Shown here: positions 40,293 through 50,760 of the stretch, piece after piece | How the letters are laid out: each line of letters starts with the position of its first letter | Numbering within the stretch: the first letter of the stretch is position 1 | Assembly (NCBI GenBank): GCA_044892505.1 | Contig: CM097882.1 | Span: forward strand, 104,284,001-104,348,000 | DNA: 64,000 nt | Source: Schmidtea nova | Taxonomy: Eukaryota | Direction: 5' to 3' | Notes under the pieces: model-generated | The model's database searches: none | What the model saw: only the letters and a program-made list of their open reading frames with translations | What the model was told of the DNA's origin: nothing | Made by a program: the position numbers and the translations under genes

Positions 40293-40753
40293 TTATTTTA
40301 AATGATTAAAAATATACAGAAGGGAAACAATTCCAATCAACAATAGCGGAAAATGATTACCAATCTCAGTTCGAAAAATTGATTTCCTTGCATATATTTG
40401 CAGAAATGTGTCTCATCCGCCATTCGCTTTGACCCATGGAATGATTCTTGCTGTATTGATTTCATTGAACCATTTTAGATATTTTTCTTCATAGTCTCCG
40501 GAATCTTTTGAAATCTCCATGGTATATATTATGATGACAACTATTTTAGTCCATGATATTTCTAGCTCAAAGACTTTGTTGACAACATCGAAGAATGATA
40601 GTCCAAAAGATTTTTCGTGAGATCGGAGAAATAAAACCGAAAAGGATGCTTGTTTCCCAGCTCAATTGATTGAAAAACCCTTTCTGTGAGACAAGCCCTT
40701 ATATTTTCGGATTTCTCTTCTTCGGTGAATAATACATTTAAAGTTTCATCCAT
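40293..40753 (-). pseudogene. Bcl-2 family protein (BH3/BH1/BH2 plus C-terminal TM); one frameshift and one nonsense codon
   Basis: ELGNKHPFRFYFSDLTKNL (cf. Bcl-xL AGDEFELRYRRAFSDLTSQL); after the frameshift FFDVVNKVFELEISWTKIVVII (BH1); IIPWVKANGG*DTFLQIY (BH2 W-x3-NGGWDxF, with TGA at 40413-40415); tail FPLLLIGIVSLLYIF. Confidence 0.8.
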
Positions 40754-41739
40754 CTTTATAAAACTAAAATAAAATTTATAAAGCATAATACTTATAATAT
40801 AAATCAACCAATAAAATTTAATATAACTTCTTATTGGTTAATTCAGTAAAACATACTTACTAATAACATTTACCAATTATTTGAAAAAATGGTAAGTTAT
40901 ACAGAAACGGCAAGAATACTATTTTGTTCCTCTTTAAATTGTACATCTGTGATGTAGCACAGAGAAAACACTTTGGAGGCTTTGTCTGTTTGGCAGCCAT
41001 TTTTGACCATGAAAGAGTGGTTTGACCAAAGATTTGATCAAGTCCAAAAAGATTGGAAATTTGATTCGTCTACAAAACTGTCGGATTAGAATTTAAAATT
41101 TACGCAGTTGACATGTTAAAACGCAAGCAAATGTTAACGCAGTACTTTTAAGACTTTAATATTTCTCGGATGAAGACAAAACCTATATCAATCTTATAGA
41201 AAATTAAATTCTCTACAAGATCGTATTTTTGAGATGTCTATTTGTTGCATTAGTCATCCATTAAAACCTAAATTTAATTTTCAATTGGTTTTTCGTTGTG
41301 ATCCCATTATTTAATTGAAATATTATAAACATCAAAGCTGTAGAGAAATTAATTTTCTACAAAATAGCTACGAGGGAAGCTGGAAGATTCTAAATATTTT
41401 TAAAGTTATTGGTTACAAAATATTGAAAATGTGAAATTAAAAATTTAGAAAAAATTTTAAATTTTAAACTTAAAATTGAAAAATATTTCAAATTGAAAAA
41501 ATTTAATAAAAAATGAAGATGGTAAATTTGTTTGAACATCATAACAAGTTAAAACCAGTTAAGTTTTTTTAATTATTGTGTTGAAATAAATTTTATGGGC
41601 TTATTAAGCGACTCAATTAATTGTCAATTTTCAAAGGATGAAAATCCTAATAATAGCATTTAAATAAAATATAATAAAATAATATTAAAAAAGTAATCTT
41701 TATATTAATTTCTTTAGTATATTTTGCATCGTGCCAATT

Positions 41740-41919
41740 TCTTTATTTAACGGACATAAAAATTTTTTTGACGATGACTCATAATGACTTTATCTAGTAT
41801 GGGGTAAGTCTTTGTTTTGACGATGACTCATTATCTTTGTTCTATAAAAAGCATAATTCATGTTGTCTTTGTTCTAGGGGGATAATGTCTTTGTTCCCAC
41901 GGACTCACATCTCACTACT
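41740..41919 (-). mobile_element. Polinton-type right terminus (reverse complement AGTAGTGAG...) with TGACTCA and AACAAAGAC motifs
   Basis: Ends ...catctcactact; shares GGGAACAAAGACATTA and TGACTCA with the 8832 terminus. Confidence 0.6.
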
Positions 41920-43639
41920 TATTAACTCTAAATTGTATTAAGTGCTCCTTATGATCATTATAAAAATTTAGAGTATGGGTCAGACGTTTAGGTCATGCAT
42001 GTAATGCATATATAGAATTTTATGATTTTATAATATTTTCCCATTATTTTGTGGCAGTTGTCGTCATGGTGCGCAGGTTAACATAATAATTATTTGAATC
42101 ATACTTTAAATGTTTCTAAGATATTTTGGAACCAAATAAACAATTATAAATTTGTTTTCTGTGGTATTTATTTTTAAAATATAGTATTACATTTATTGAT
42201 CTTTTAAAAATATTGGTTATATGGTCCTATTGAAAAGTGAAAATAGTGCAATAAAAATCTCATGGATCAACATTCCGCGTGTAAATTGTTGATAATAAAT
42301 ATTTGTACAGTCCGTTTGTGTTGATCTCATGTTGTTCACGATCATTTTTACCACGTGTTTGTTTAAATGTGAAACTTTTTGAATATGATAAAAAATTATT
42401 TAATATTAAAACTAATTGATTTAGAACGTATTCATTTCATAAAACGTTTTTTAATAAATAGAAAATTACGTAAAATTACGATCATAATTTTTCGGTAAAA
42501 TTGACATTAACAAATATGACCAACTAAAAACTCTTCAAATCTTCTTTCATTTCTTTATTATTCTTTTCTTTATATCTTTTGACATTTTGTCTTAGGTCCC
42601 TAACTGATGCAAATACATAAAAATTGTGATTTCGAACTCTTTATTCTCATTTATAGCATTGACTCACTTGACTACCTATTACATTCTGTTGTTAATTAAT
42701 AAATACAAATGGGAAAAAGGAATTCCTAAATTGAAAACAAAAACAAGAGAAAGATTCATTTCTCTACAGCTTGACAGAAATTACAAAATTGTAATGGGAA
42801 AGTAGGGAAACATCAAAAACGAAATTATCAAAAATCATTTATCTTGACAGACATCAGAGATAGCAAGGAACAATAAAAAGAGGTGAAGTGTGATGTTTGC
42901 AAGAAGCAGGAACAATCCTGTCTACTGTAGAATGATAGACTTTGATGGGGAAACCATTGCGATGAATTAGAATTTAAGGTAAAGAAATTAAAAATTAGAA
43001 AAGTGAAGTTAGATTGGAGAAATCAAAATTTATCATAGAGGAACTGATAAAGAAATTTATTGAGTCAAATAGAGGAAATAGTGGAATCAAAGGAAAATTT
43101 GAGGAAATTTAATTAAACGTGACTAAGTATGAATTAATCGAGTAAGAAAGGAGTCGAATCCTACAGAGTATATAACCCAGTCAAAGTAAGAGAACCATTA
43201 GAATGATTAACCAATTGTTTAATCCAAGTCAGTAGTCAGTTATCATAAATTTCAGGTATTATACGCTAGTGCTATTTTTATGTTATATTTTTATGGTTAT
43301 ATCTGAGATCTATAACTGATTAAAAAATATAATAATAATATCTTTATGTTATACCAGTAATACGATAAAATAATAATAAAATAAGATTATAATAATACTT
43401 TCAAAACTTTATAAATTTATAACAAGTCTTAATATTTAAACAAACATGAATTAAAAATACAAACTTTACTTTCTTAATTAATTCATGTTTTAAAGTTTAT
43501 AAAATAAAACTAATGAATATAATCAATTCATTAGTTATATCACATAAATTTCAATAAATCTTTGTATTGGGTTTCAGGGACGACTCGAACAAAAGCGGGG
43601 CCCGGTGCCAATTTTCTCAGCGGATTTCTCAGAGCGCCA

Positions 43640-45050
43640 CTATATTTTTTTTGTCGATCTTTTGTTTAGGAAAATTTTTGTCGGTCTTTTGTACAAGTGG
43701 TACAGAGGGCCACTATGATTTTAAGTCGATCTTTTGTATTGGAAAATTTTTGTCGATTTTTTGAATAGGATTTTCTACTCCGAGATTTTTCTCGGGCAAA
43801 AAGAGATACTGGATTTTTGTACAGGGATTTTTATACATGGATTTTTGGTCTGGTATTTTTGTATAGGATGTTTGGTCTAGTATTTTTGAATAGGATTTTT
43901 GGTCTGGTATTTTTGTATATAATTTTGAGCTCCGAGATTTTTCTCGGGCAAAAAGGGACTCTGGTATTTTTGTACATGGAATTTTGGTCTGGATATTTTG
44001 TACATGGAATTTTGGTCTGGTATTTTTGTACATGTAATTCTGGTCTGGACTTTTTGTACATGGAATTTTGGCCTGGTTATTTTGAATAGGATTTTTGGTC
44101 TGATATTTTTGTAAAAGATTTTGAGCTCCGAGATTTTTCTCATGCAAAAAGGGACTCTGGTAAATTTGAACTGAAATTTTTATGGTAAATAAAAAACATG
44201 TGTAAATTTTTTTTAAACTAGTAAAATAGATAGGAATTATTTTGAATAGAATTTTCAATTCCCACAATTTCTCAGGCAAAAAGGGACTCTGGTAATGATC
44301 AACCAAGAAGTGAATCAAACCAATCAAGAATCGAAAATCCAAAAAGAAAGCGACGCCGCTATGAACGCATGGCCGCCACAACCCAGTAATCCCTGCGGTA
44401 ACAGAGACCAAGCATCGAAGCTAATACCAGAAATTATGAAAAAAGTTGGAATTATTATTTCAAACATCATAAAAGACAATTCTAAAGAAATTATTAATTT
44501 AAATTCATTTTTGAAATTTATTAATAATTTTAGACCAATCAAATCTCAGAAAAAATGATTTTAATTTAAAATCGACCTCAATGACAAATGATTTTCAAGA
44601 TAATAAATCAGCGAATAATCAACCAAGAAGTGAATTAAATCAATCAAGAATCCAAAATCCAAAACCCTTTTTTATTAAGTTTTAAAAATTATGTCATTCT
44701 TTTGTCTTTGTAAAATTCTACATGTTTTATTGCCTATTTAACTTAACCATGTGTTTATTACCCTTTTCTTAAATATTCATTTTAAATTTCTGTTCAAAAT
44801 TACCAGTGTCCCTTTTTGCCCTAGAAATTGTGGGAATTGAAAATTCTATTCAAAATAATTTCAATCTATTTTATTAGTTTAAAAGATTTACACGTGTTTT
44901 TATTTACCATAAAAATTTCAGTTCAAAATTACCTGTCCTTTTTTGCCTGAAAAAATTGTGGGAATTGAAAATCTTATTCAAAATAATTTAAAGATAATTT
45001 ACTTGTTAAAAAGAAATTTTACACGTGTTTTTTATTTACATAAAAATCTA
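43640..45050. repeat. Subterminal-type repeat array (ctcgggcaaaaagggactctggta / ttttgtacatggaattttggtctgg), direct at 43640-44295 and inverted at 44790-45050
   Basis: Same family as 8290-8830. Confidence 0.8.
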
Positions 45051-45484
45051 TATTTCAGTTCAGTCAATAAATTATTATTGGAAGAGAGCGATGCATGACC
45101 TCGCATGCGAAGACATTGGTAGGTTCTTCCCATGAACGGGTTGGAAAAAGGAAGGAGCTGGTGCGGGATTTTATAGAGTTTCCCGCAGTTATCTCTTTCT
45201 TAGGCTTCTTTGATTCGATTTTTGATTGGATTTGATTGAATTTCTTTGATGAGATTGGATTTTTTCGTTGCAAATATATGCAAGGAAATCAATTTTTCGA
45301 ACTGAGATTGGTAATCATTTTCCGCTATTGTTGATGGGAATTGTTTCCCTTCTGTATATTTTTAACCATTTAAAATAAATGTATTATAATTGTGTCATTA
45401 TGTTTTTTTAAATAAATAAATAAATCTAAGTAAAATATATTTAAACAAAATAAATTAAACATAAACTAGTTCCAATAATAATAA

Positions 45485-45860
45485 TCAGTTATGAGCTTCA
45501 ATAGCATTAGTTAATTTCCAAACGCAAGAAATGTTATTTTCGGCATCATATTTGATTCCTTGAAACAAAAGGACAATATACCATTTTGTATCTTCTTTGA
45601 ATACAATTTAATCAATTCCATCGTAAAACTTGTCATCCTTGTTATTTAGGTTTAAATATTCTTTGCATTTTAAATCCTTATTGATTTGAACCAGAATTTT
45701 GTTGATGGCGGAAGAATCTTCATTTGATAATGCACTTTTATTAAATGAATATTAAGTTTTTCTCTGTTTCATAAGATTAGGTAATTGGAATTCAGAAGGT
45801 TTTCAAGAAAATATATTCGAAATCCATGATAAATTTTTACAGGCTTTAAATTTATTTGTT
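45485..45860 (-). pseudogene. Decayed homologue of the Polinton accessory gene at 57241-57774
   Basis: SAINKILVQINKDL...WYIVLLFQGIKYDAENNISCVWKLTNAI vs QNISEILLAINKEM...IKIIIQGFKETNNTVRPVWKIIESI; internal stops. Confidence 0.7.
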
Positions 45861-46249
45861 TCTTCATTTTCTTAAGTTGCATTTTAAAAATGAATAATTA
45901 CAGAGTTCTTTGTATTTATATCTGGTGACACATCGAATTATCCAATCAGAAATACGCATTTCTATTGTATTTACTTTGCACATCCAATCAGAAACATGCA
46001 TTTCAAATGCAGTCATACTGCATTCACACTGCTCAATTTCATTTGAATTTAATAATTTCTGTTTAAACATACAAACTATTTTCGGAATAATCTTTCTTCT
46101 TGCATTTCGATATATTTAAAAAACACATTTTTTAAACTTTAAAATAAATATATTTTTTTAATAATCAATTTTTTTTATTTAAAAACTATAAATAAAAAAA
46201 CAAATTTTAATACATTTATTCGAAATAAAACAAATACAATTATTTCAGG

Positions 46250-46620
46250 AAAAATTTATTTATTTTCCAAATAGTCTTTTTGGAGTTCACATAAAATTAT
46301 CTCCGATACACTTCTTTGACATCTCCCATCACAATTGCATGGGCATTGATTTTCATTAATATTTTTCAGCGATTCTGGTAGATCCAACCATTTGTTAAAA
46401 GATTTGATCAGTTTAGATAAACTGAGCCCTGTATAATTATAAATCTATTATGGAATAATTTCCGGAGCCAAAAAATCAATTTTTGATTAAAATCGGGAAA
46501 CAAGTTGGACAGCTTCCTTAATGCAATACCATATATTCGTTCTGGAAAATAAAATATTAATAAAATCAGGTAAAATATTAAACAACCATTTTTCTCTTCT
46601 ATAATCGAGTGCATTTTGAA
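46250..46620 (-). pseudogene. Decayed homologue of the Cys-cluster gene at 48489-48870
   Basis: SKIDFLAPEII..IYNYTGL...CPCNCDGRCQRSVSEIILCELQKDY vs NNLDYCAPELL..IYQYTGI...CACCHDFKRQQSVHILVAEMRKAY. Confidence 0.7.
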
Positions 46621-46724
46621 AAATGAAATATAAAGAAATCATAATAAGTTTATATACATATTTTATCCAATCAGAAACATGCATTTTCTCTGGATTGCTG
46701 TTTCAATATGTAAATAAAATCGTT

Positions 46725-47062
46725 AACTTTACCACGGCTGAATACATTTACACACAGAGGGTTATAATTGATTAATCTTAATGCGGGAAATAATTCGGGT
46801 TAGAATATGCATTTGGTTGTCTTTGCCAACTTGTAGAAATTTATTATACAACCAATATTTGTCGTGACTGTAACAGATTGAATTCTAAGATTTTCGATTT
46901 TAAATGGTAATTCATTAGCATCAATTGGATTTTTTTACACCCCATGTTGCGACATTTTCCAGAATTAAAGAATAAAATTGGATATTTCCAACTCCTGTCG
47001 ATAATTTGTTGAGGTTTTCTATTTGGAAATTTTATTTTTTTTCTATTGAGCATTAGCCGCAA
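46725..47062 (-). pseudogene. TBP-like pseudogene of the older Polinton
   Basis: IIDRSWKYPILFFNSGKCRNMGCK, a frameshift, then LRIQSVTVTTNIG..F*PELFPALRL..PLCVNVFSRGKV; homologous to 48921-49355. Confidence 0.85.
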
Positions 47063-47104
47063 TAATTTATATTAGTCAAAATTTGTGAAAATTTATGAAA
47101 TATC

Positions 47105-48428
47105 AGTAGGGGATAGTGAGGACACGGGGCCAAGCCATTTATCCCTAAACTGTATATATTACGTAATAATTATACAGTTGCCTACCCCCCCCACCCCCCC
47201 CCACCCCCCACCCCCCCAAAATTACGTAATATTATATATTATTACGTAATCATTACGTAATCATTACATAAGCATTACATAATCATTACGTAATCATTAC
47301 GTAATCATTACGCAATTATTACATAATCATTACGTAATTATTACGTAATTATTACGTCATTATTACGTCATCATTACGTAACTATTATGTAACTATTACG
47401 TAATTATTGCGTAATGATTACGTCATTATTACGTCATTATTACGTAATTATTTACAAAAAATATAAATTCTTACATAACACGAAATCCCTTACGCAATTG
47501 ATGATGTAATACTGTAATTTAATAATTTTTATTTATTTTTTCATAATTTTTACAAAAAATATAAAATAAATTAATTTTTTCAAATTTTTACCCAAAAATT
47601 TCAAAAATGCTCGGATTTAAATAATTTTTATACCAATCTACTGGGAATTCAATGGCGAACAAAAAAGGGTCAAAAAGTAAAAACATGAAAAATTGGTCTT
47701 CTATGGTAAATTTAACATGAAAAAACCTTACTTGGTTAAAAATGGTTAAAATTCAAGATCTTTTACATATAAATAACCATAATTTAACGCTCAACAATAA
47801 AAAGTAATATTAACTAGAAAAACAACAAAAAACACAAAGTATTTAAAAATAAAACTTTATTTAAATAAATCTTCAGGCAAATTGTTCATCAGCAGCATCT
47901 TCACGCACACCCATAACCACATCAATTCCCTTATAATGACCATAAGCCAGACTAACATTTTTTCCCACCCAAAGTCTTTTGTCGTCAAGATTAGTCAAGG
48001 CAATCTTAGAAGATTTATTAGTAAAGAGTTGATGATTCTTACTAACTATTCTCGACTGATCAACAGAAACTATTGAATTATTATTATAACAATCCAGATA
48101 CGACTGATGATTCAGTTTAGTATCCTTCAATGTTATACCCTTAGCCTTAATGCACTCTTCATCACCTAAAAGACTGTAACACTTTGGCCTAAGGAATACC
48201 CACTCATCATACTTGAATCCTTTATTCTCGTCTTTGAATTTACCAATGACGGAATCTAGGTTCCTACTGTATAATGGGTGATTCGGATCATAATTAGAAG
48301 TGTCAAGTAAGTTATCTCTTATCATGGCCGGTAAAAGAATATCAAACTTACAATTTCTAATCTCAAGAAAAAATGAATCGGTGTCACCAGCAACGATGTT
48401 AATTTCGCAGTTGAATTCGTTACGATAT
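47105..48428 (+). repeat. Left TIR (1324 bp), including an antisense copy of the last ~185 PolB codons (ORF 47873-48325)
   Basis: Reverse complement of 61297-62626 apart from a few substitutions and G-run length differences. Confidence 0.95.
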
Positions 48429-48488
48429 AAAAAACAATAAAAAACACAATTTTTAAAATTAATCTTTATTTAAATAAATCTTCAGCAA

Positions 48489-48870
48489 TTAATTTGTATT
48501 GTAAAGGTCATCATAGTATGCCTTTCTCATTTCAGCAACCAAGATATGCACAGATTGTTGTCTTTTGAAATCGTGGCAACAAGCACATCCATTGGTGCAT
48601 GAAACACGCATTGATTCTTTACAAACAATACAATTTTCAACGCACTTGACTCCAGCTCCTAGCACCATATCATAGTGCATTTCAAGCAACTCCTCGATAT
48701 TGATCCCTGTATATTGGTATATTTTATGTACCAACAACTCGGGGGCGCAATAATCGAGATTATTTTTAATCTTTGGATATAAATCTTGGATCTTCTTGAG
48801 AAGTACTTCGAGCAAATAAACTAAAAGAATTAATAAAAATAAAAATAAAAATACTCTTACTTTTTGACAT
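48489..48870 (-). CDS. Polinton accessory protein with Cys cluster (CxxC...CxC), two predicted exons
   Basis: ATG exon 48861-48870 plus a 40-nt GT..AG intron (48860-48821) joins in frame (MSKIYLLEVLL...); a decayed homologue lies at 46250-46620. Confidence 0.7.
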
Positions 48871-48920
48871 TTTCAAATTTTAACAATCAATGAGTAACAA
48901 TTAATTCAAACAAAATTTAT

Positions 48921-49355
48921 TTAATTAATTAATGTATTTATTTCATTAATTATATTTTCCACATAATTTTTAAAATCCAAAGTTTTAATTCCAAGCATAA
49001 CTACTTTTCCGCTGCCAAAGACATTGACACATACTGGATCAAATTTCTGTAGACGTAATGCTGGGAATATTTCTGGTTCGAACCAACAACGACATTTCTT
49101 TTGTAATTCATATAAATTAATAAATTTGCCGACATCGACCGTTACAGTAATTGATTGAATCTCTAAATTTTTAATCTTGAATTTCAAATCCCCCGGCTTT
49201 AACGGTTGTTTGCATCCCATTACCCGACACTTGCCAGATTTGAAGAAGATGATGGGGTACTTGCCGCTTCTGTCAATAACTTGTTTCGGTTTGCCACTCG
49301 GGAATATCATGCCGGGAACTAAACATTTACCTTTATAATTGATGTTGCTCAACAT
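48921..49355 (-). CDS. TATA-binding-protein (TBP)-like protein, minimised (144 aa)
   Basis: IQSITVTVDVGKFINLYEL..WFEPEIFPAL..VNVFGSGKVVMLGIK vs TBP IQNMVGSCDVKFPIRLEGL..SYEPELFPGL..LLIFVSGKVVLTGAK; first repeat IIFFKSGKCRVMGCK vs ALIFSSGKMVCTGAK. Confidence 0.85.
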   Translation of the reverse strand: MLSNINYKGKCLVPGMIFPSGKPKQVIDRSGKYPIIFFKSGKCRVMGCKQPLKPGDLKFKIKNLEIQSITVTVDVGKFINLYELQKKCRCWFEPEIFPALRLQKFDPVCVNVFGSGKVVMLGIKTLDFKNYVENIINEINTLIN

Positions 49356-49410
49356 TTTTGATTAATTAAACAAATATAAACAATATTAAATTAAACAATA
49401 ATTAATTAAA

Positions 49411-50034
49411 ATGGAATTAAGAAATGATGCCGTATATCAAATAGTAGGACCCAGCGGGAGTGGGAAAACCTTGTTTGTATGTAAATTATTACAATCAAAA
49501 ATGTTTAAATCGCAATTCAATAAAATTTATTGGCATCGGGGTGCTGATGAAGAACATGGATTGACTCAAGATCAGTTTTGTAAATTAAAAATGACTATTA
49601 TAAAAGGTTTTGACAAAAATTGGTCATCTAGATTACAACATGGTGATGTTATAATTATCGATGATTTGTACCAGGAAGCCAATAAAGAAAAAGATTTCAA
49701 CAATTTATTTACAAAAATTAGTAGACACTTGGGTGTTACAGTTATTTTCATTACTCAAAATTTATTCCATCAAGGTGGTAGTCATAGAACCCGGAATTTA
49801 AATGTACAATATTTGGTTATATTCAAAAACCCCCGAGATGCAACAATTATTGATTTTCTTGCAAGACAAGCATACCCTAATGATAGAAAATTTTTACTTG
49901 ATTCATTTCAAGATGCAACTAAAATTCCTCATGGATATCTGTTTTTCGACTTTACACAACAATGTCCTGATGATTTACGTATAAGAACTGATCTTTTCAA
50001 TGAAAAAGGTATAACAGTTTATAAACAAAATTGA
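49411..50034 (+). CDS. A32/FtsK-like genome-packaging ATPase
   Basis: Walker A GPSGSGKT, Walker B IIIDDL, ISRHLGVTVIFITQN, FKNPRD. Confidence 0.93.
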   Translation: MELRNDAVYQIVGPSGSGKTLFVCKLLQSKMFKSQFNKIYWHRGADEEHGLTQDQFCKLKMTIIKGFDKNWSSRLQHGDVIIIDDLYQEANKEKDFNNLFTKISRHLGVTVIFITQNLFHQGGSHRTRNLNVQYLVIFKNPRDATIIDFLARQAYPNDRKFLLDSFQDATKIPHGYLFFDFTQQCPDDLRIRTDLFNEKGITVYKQN

Positions 50035-50057
50035 AATCGTAAAATTAATTAATTAAA

Positions 50058-50222
50058 ATGTCATTCAAAAAAGTCGTTGTTCGACCCGTTATTGGAAAAT
50101 CCGATAAACAACAAAACTTAAAGGTAAAGAAGATGTCATTAAAGAAGACATCATTAAAGAAGATATCATTGAAAAAGAAGTCAAAAATCAAGAAATCAAA
50201 GAAGAAATGGATTAAATTATAA
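50058..50222 (+). CDS. Small Lys-rich protein (54 aa), candidate DNA-condensing core protein
   Basis: MSFKKVVVRPVIGKSDKQQNLKVKKMSLKKTSLKKISLKKKSKIKKSKKKWIKL, 22 of 54 residues basic; a shorter basic ORF sits in the same slot of the old copy (~63286). Confidence 0.5.
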   Translation: MSFKKVVVRPVIGKSDKQQNLKVKKMSLKKTSLKKISLKKKSKIKKSKKKWIKL

Positions 50223-50234
50223 ACAAAACAAATT

Positions 50235-50582
50235 GTGAAAAATCTGCTAATAATGAAAATTGAACGCAGTTTACCATATTTTAATGCCTTGATAAAGGCT
50301 CCAATTAATAAACGTATGATAATCTTACAGGCTTTTCCCCCATTTGTTATTGATGATTTGCTTGAGGTTATTGTTAATGTAATTCGTGGTAATGTAAATA
50401 TTAGTAAAGCCAAAAGATTACGGCTACAAAAACATAAAAGATCACTTTTATCACTAGTCAACACTAAAAATCGTAATCTTATGCGTAAGATAATTTATAA
50501 ACAAAATGGAGGTTTCCTAGGTACATTAATTCCAATAGTATTATCAGCTATAAGTGCAATTTCATCATTAAATGGGAACTAA
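50235..50582 (+). CDS. Putative virion protein with a protease site and an adenovirus pX-like C-terminal peptide
   Basis: KQNGG|FLGTLIPIVLSAISAI resembles pX MRGG|ILPLLIPLIAAAIGAV; the old copy reads KQQGG|FIAALLPLALSLLGG. Confidence 0.7.
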   Translation: MKNLLIMKIERSLPYFNALIKAPINKRMIILQAFPPFVIDDLLEVIVNVIRGNVNISKAKRLRLQKHKRSLLSLVNTKNRNLMRKIIYKQNGGFLGTLIPIVLSAISAISSLNGN

Positions 50583-50760
50583 AAATTCAATACCCGATAA
50601 ACATAATTTAGACTTGAATATATTAACATCTTGTTGTAACAATGAAGGAAATATTAACCAAAAAGAAGGTATCCAAAAATCAATTAAAAAAGATTTGGAC
50701 AAACCCAAAAGATCCCGATGGGTTTGCTGGGGTAAACAAAATTTCAAAAAGAGTAAATAA
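50572..50760 (+). CDS. Small putative myristoylated/palmitoylated protein overlapping the integrase 5' end
   Basis: MGTKNS..SCCN..KRSRW; the frame is conserved in the old copy at 63832-63990 (MGNNSS..SCCN..KRSRF). Confidence 0.55.
   Translation: MGTKNSIPDKHNLDLNILTSCCNNEGNINQKEGIQKSIKKDLDKPKRSRWVCWGKQNFKKSK

Larger units (their letters stand above)
40020..45651. repeat. 383-bp inverted duplication (40020-40402 / 45269-45651) containing the Bcl-2 tail and the 3' end of a Polinton accessory gene
   Basis: The two segments are near-identical reverse complements; the left copy truncates the old penton gene at 40020. Confidence 0.88.

Noticed and set aside
40413-40415. TGA read as Trp (variant genetic code) rescuing the Bcl-2 BH2 motif
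   Set aside because: TGA terminates the intact PolB, MCP and core-protein genes, and the Bcl-2 gene also has a frameshift.
42600-43250. Possible Gypsy gag/zinc-knuckle remnant
   Set aside because: Only a CxxC-like trace amid many stops; not enough to call.
43713-44411. 232-aa and shorter ORFs
   Set aside because: They read through the subterminal repeat array and give repetitive peptides.
47873-48325. Independent second polymerase gene
   Set aside because: It is the PolB 3' end copied into the left TIR and lacks the exonuclease domain and most polymerase motifs.
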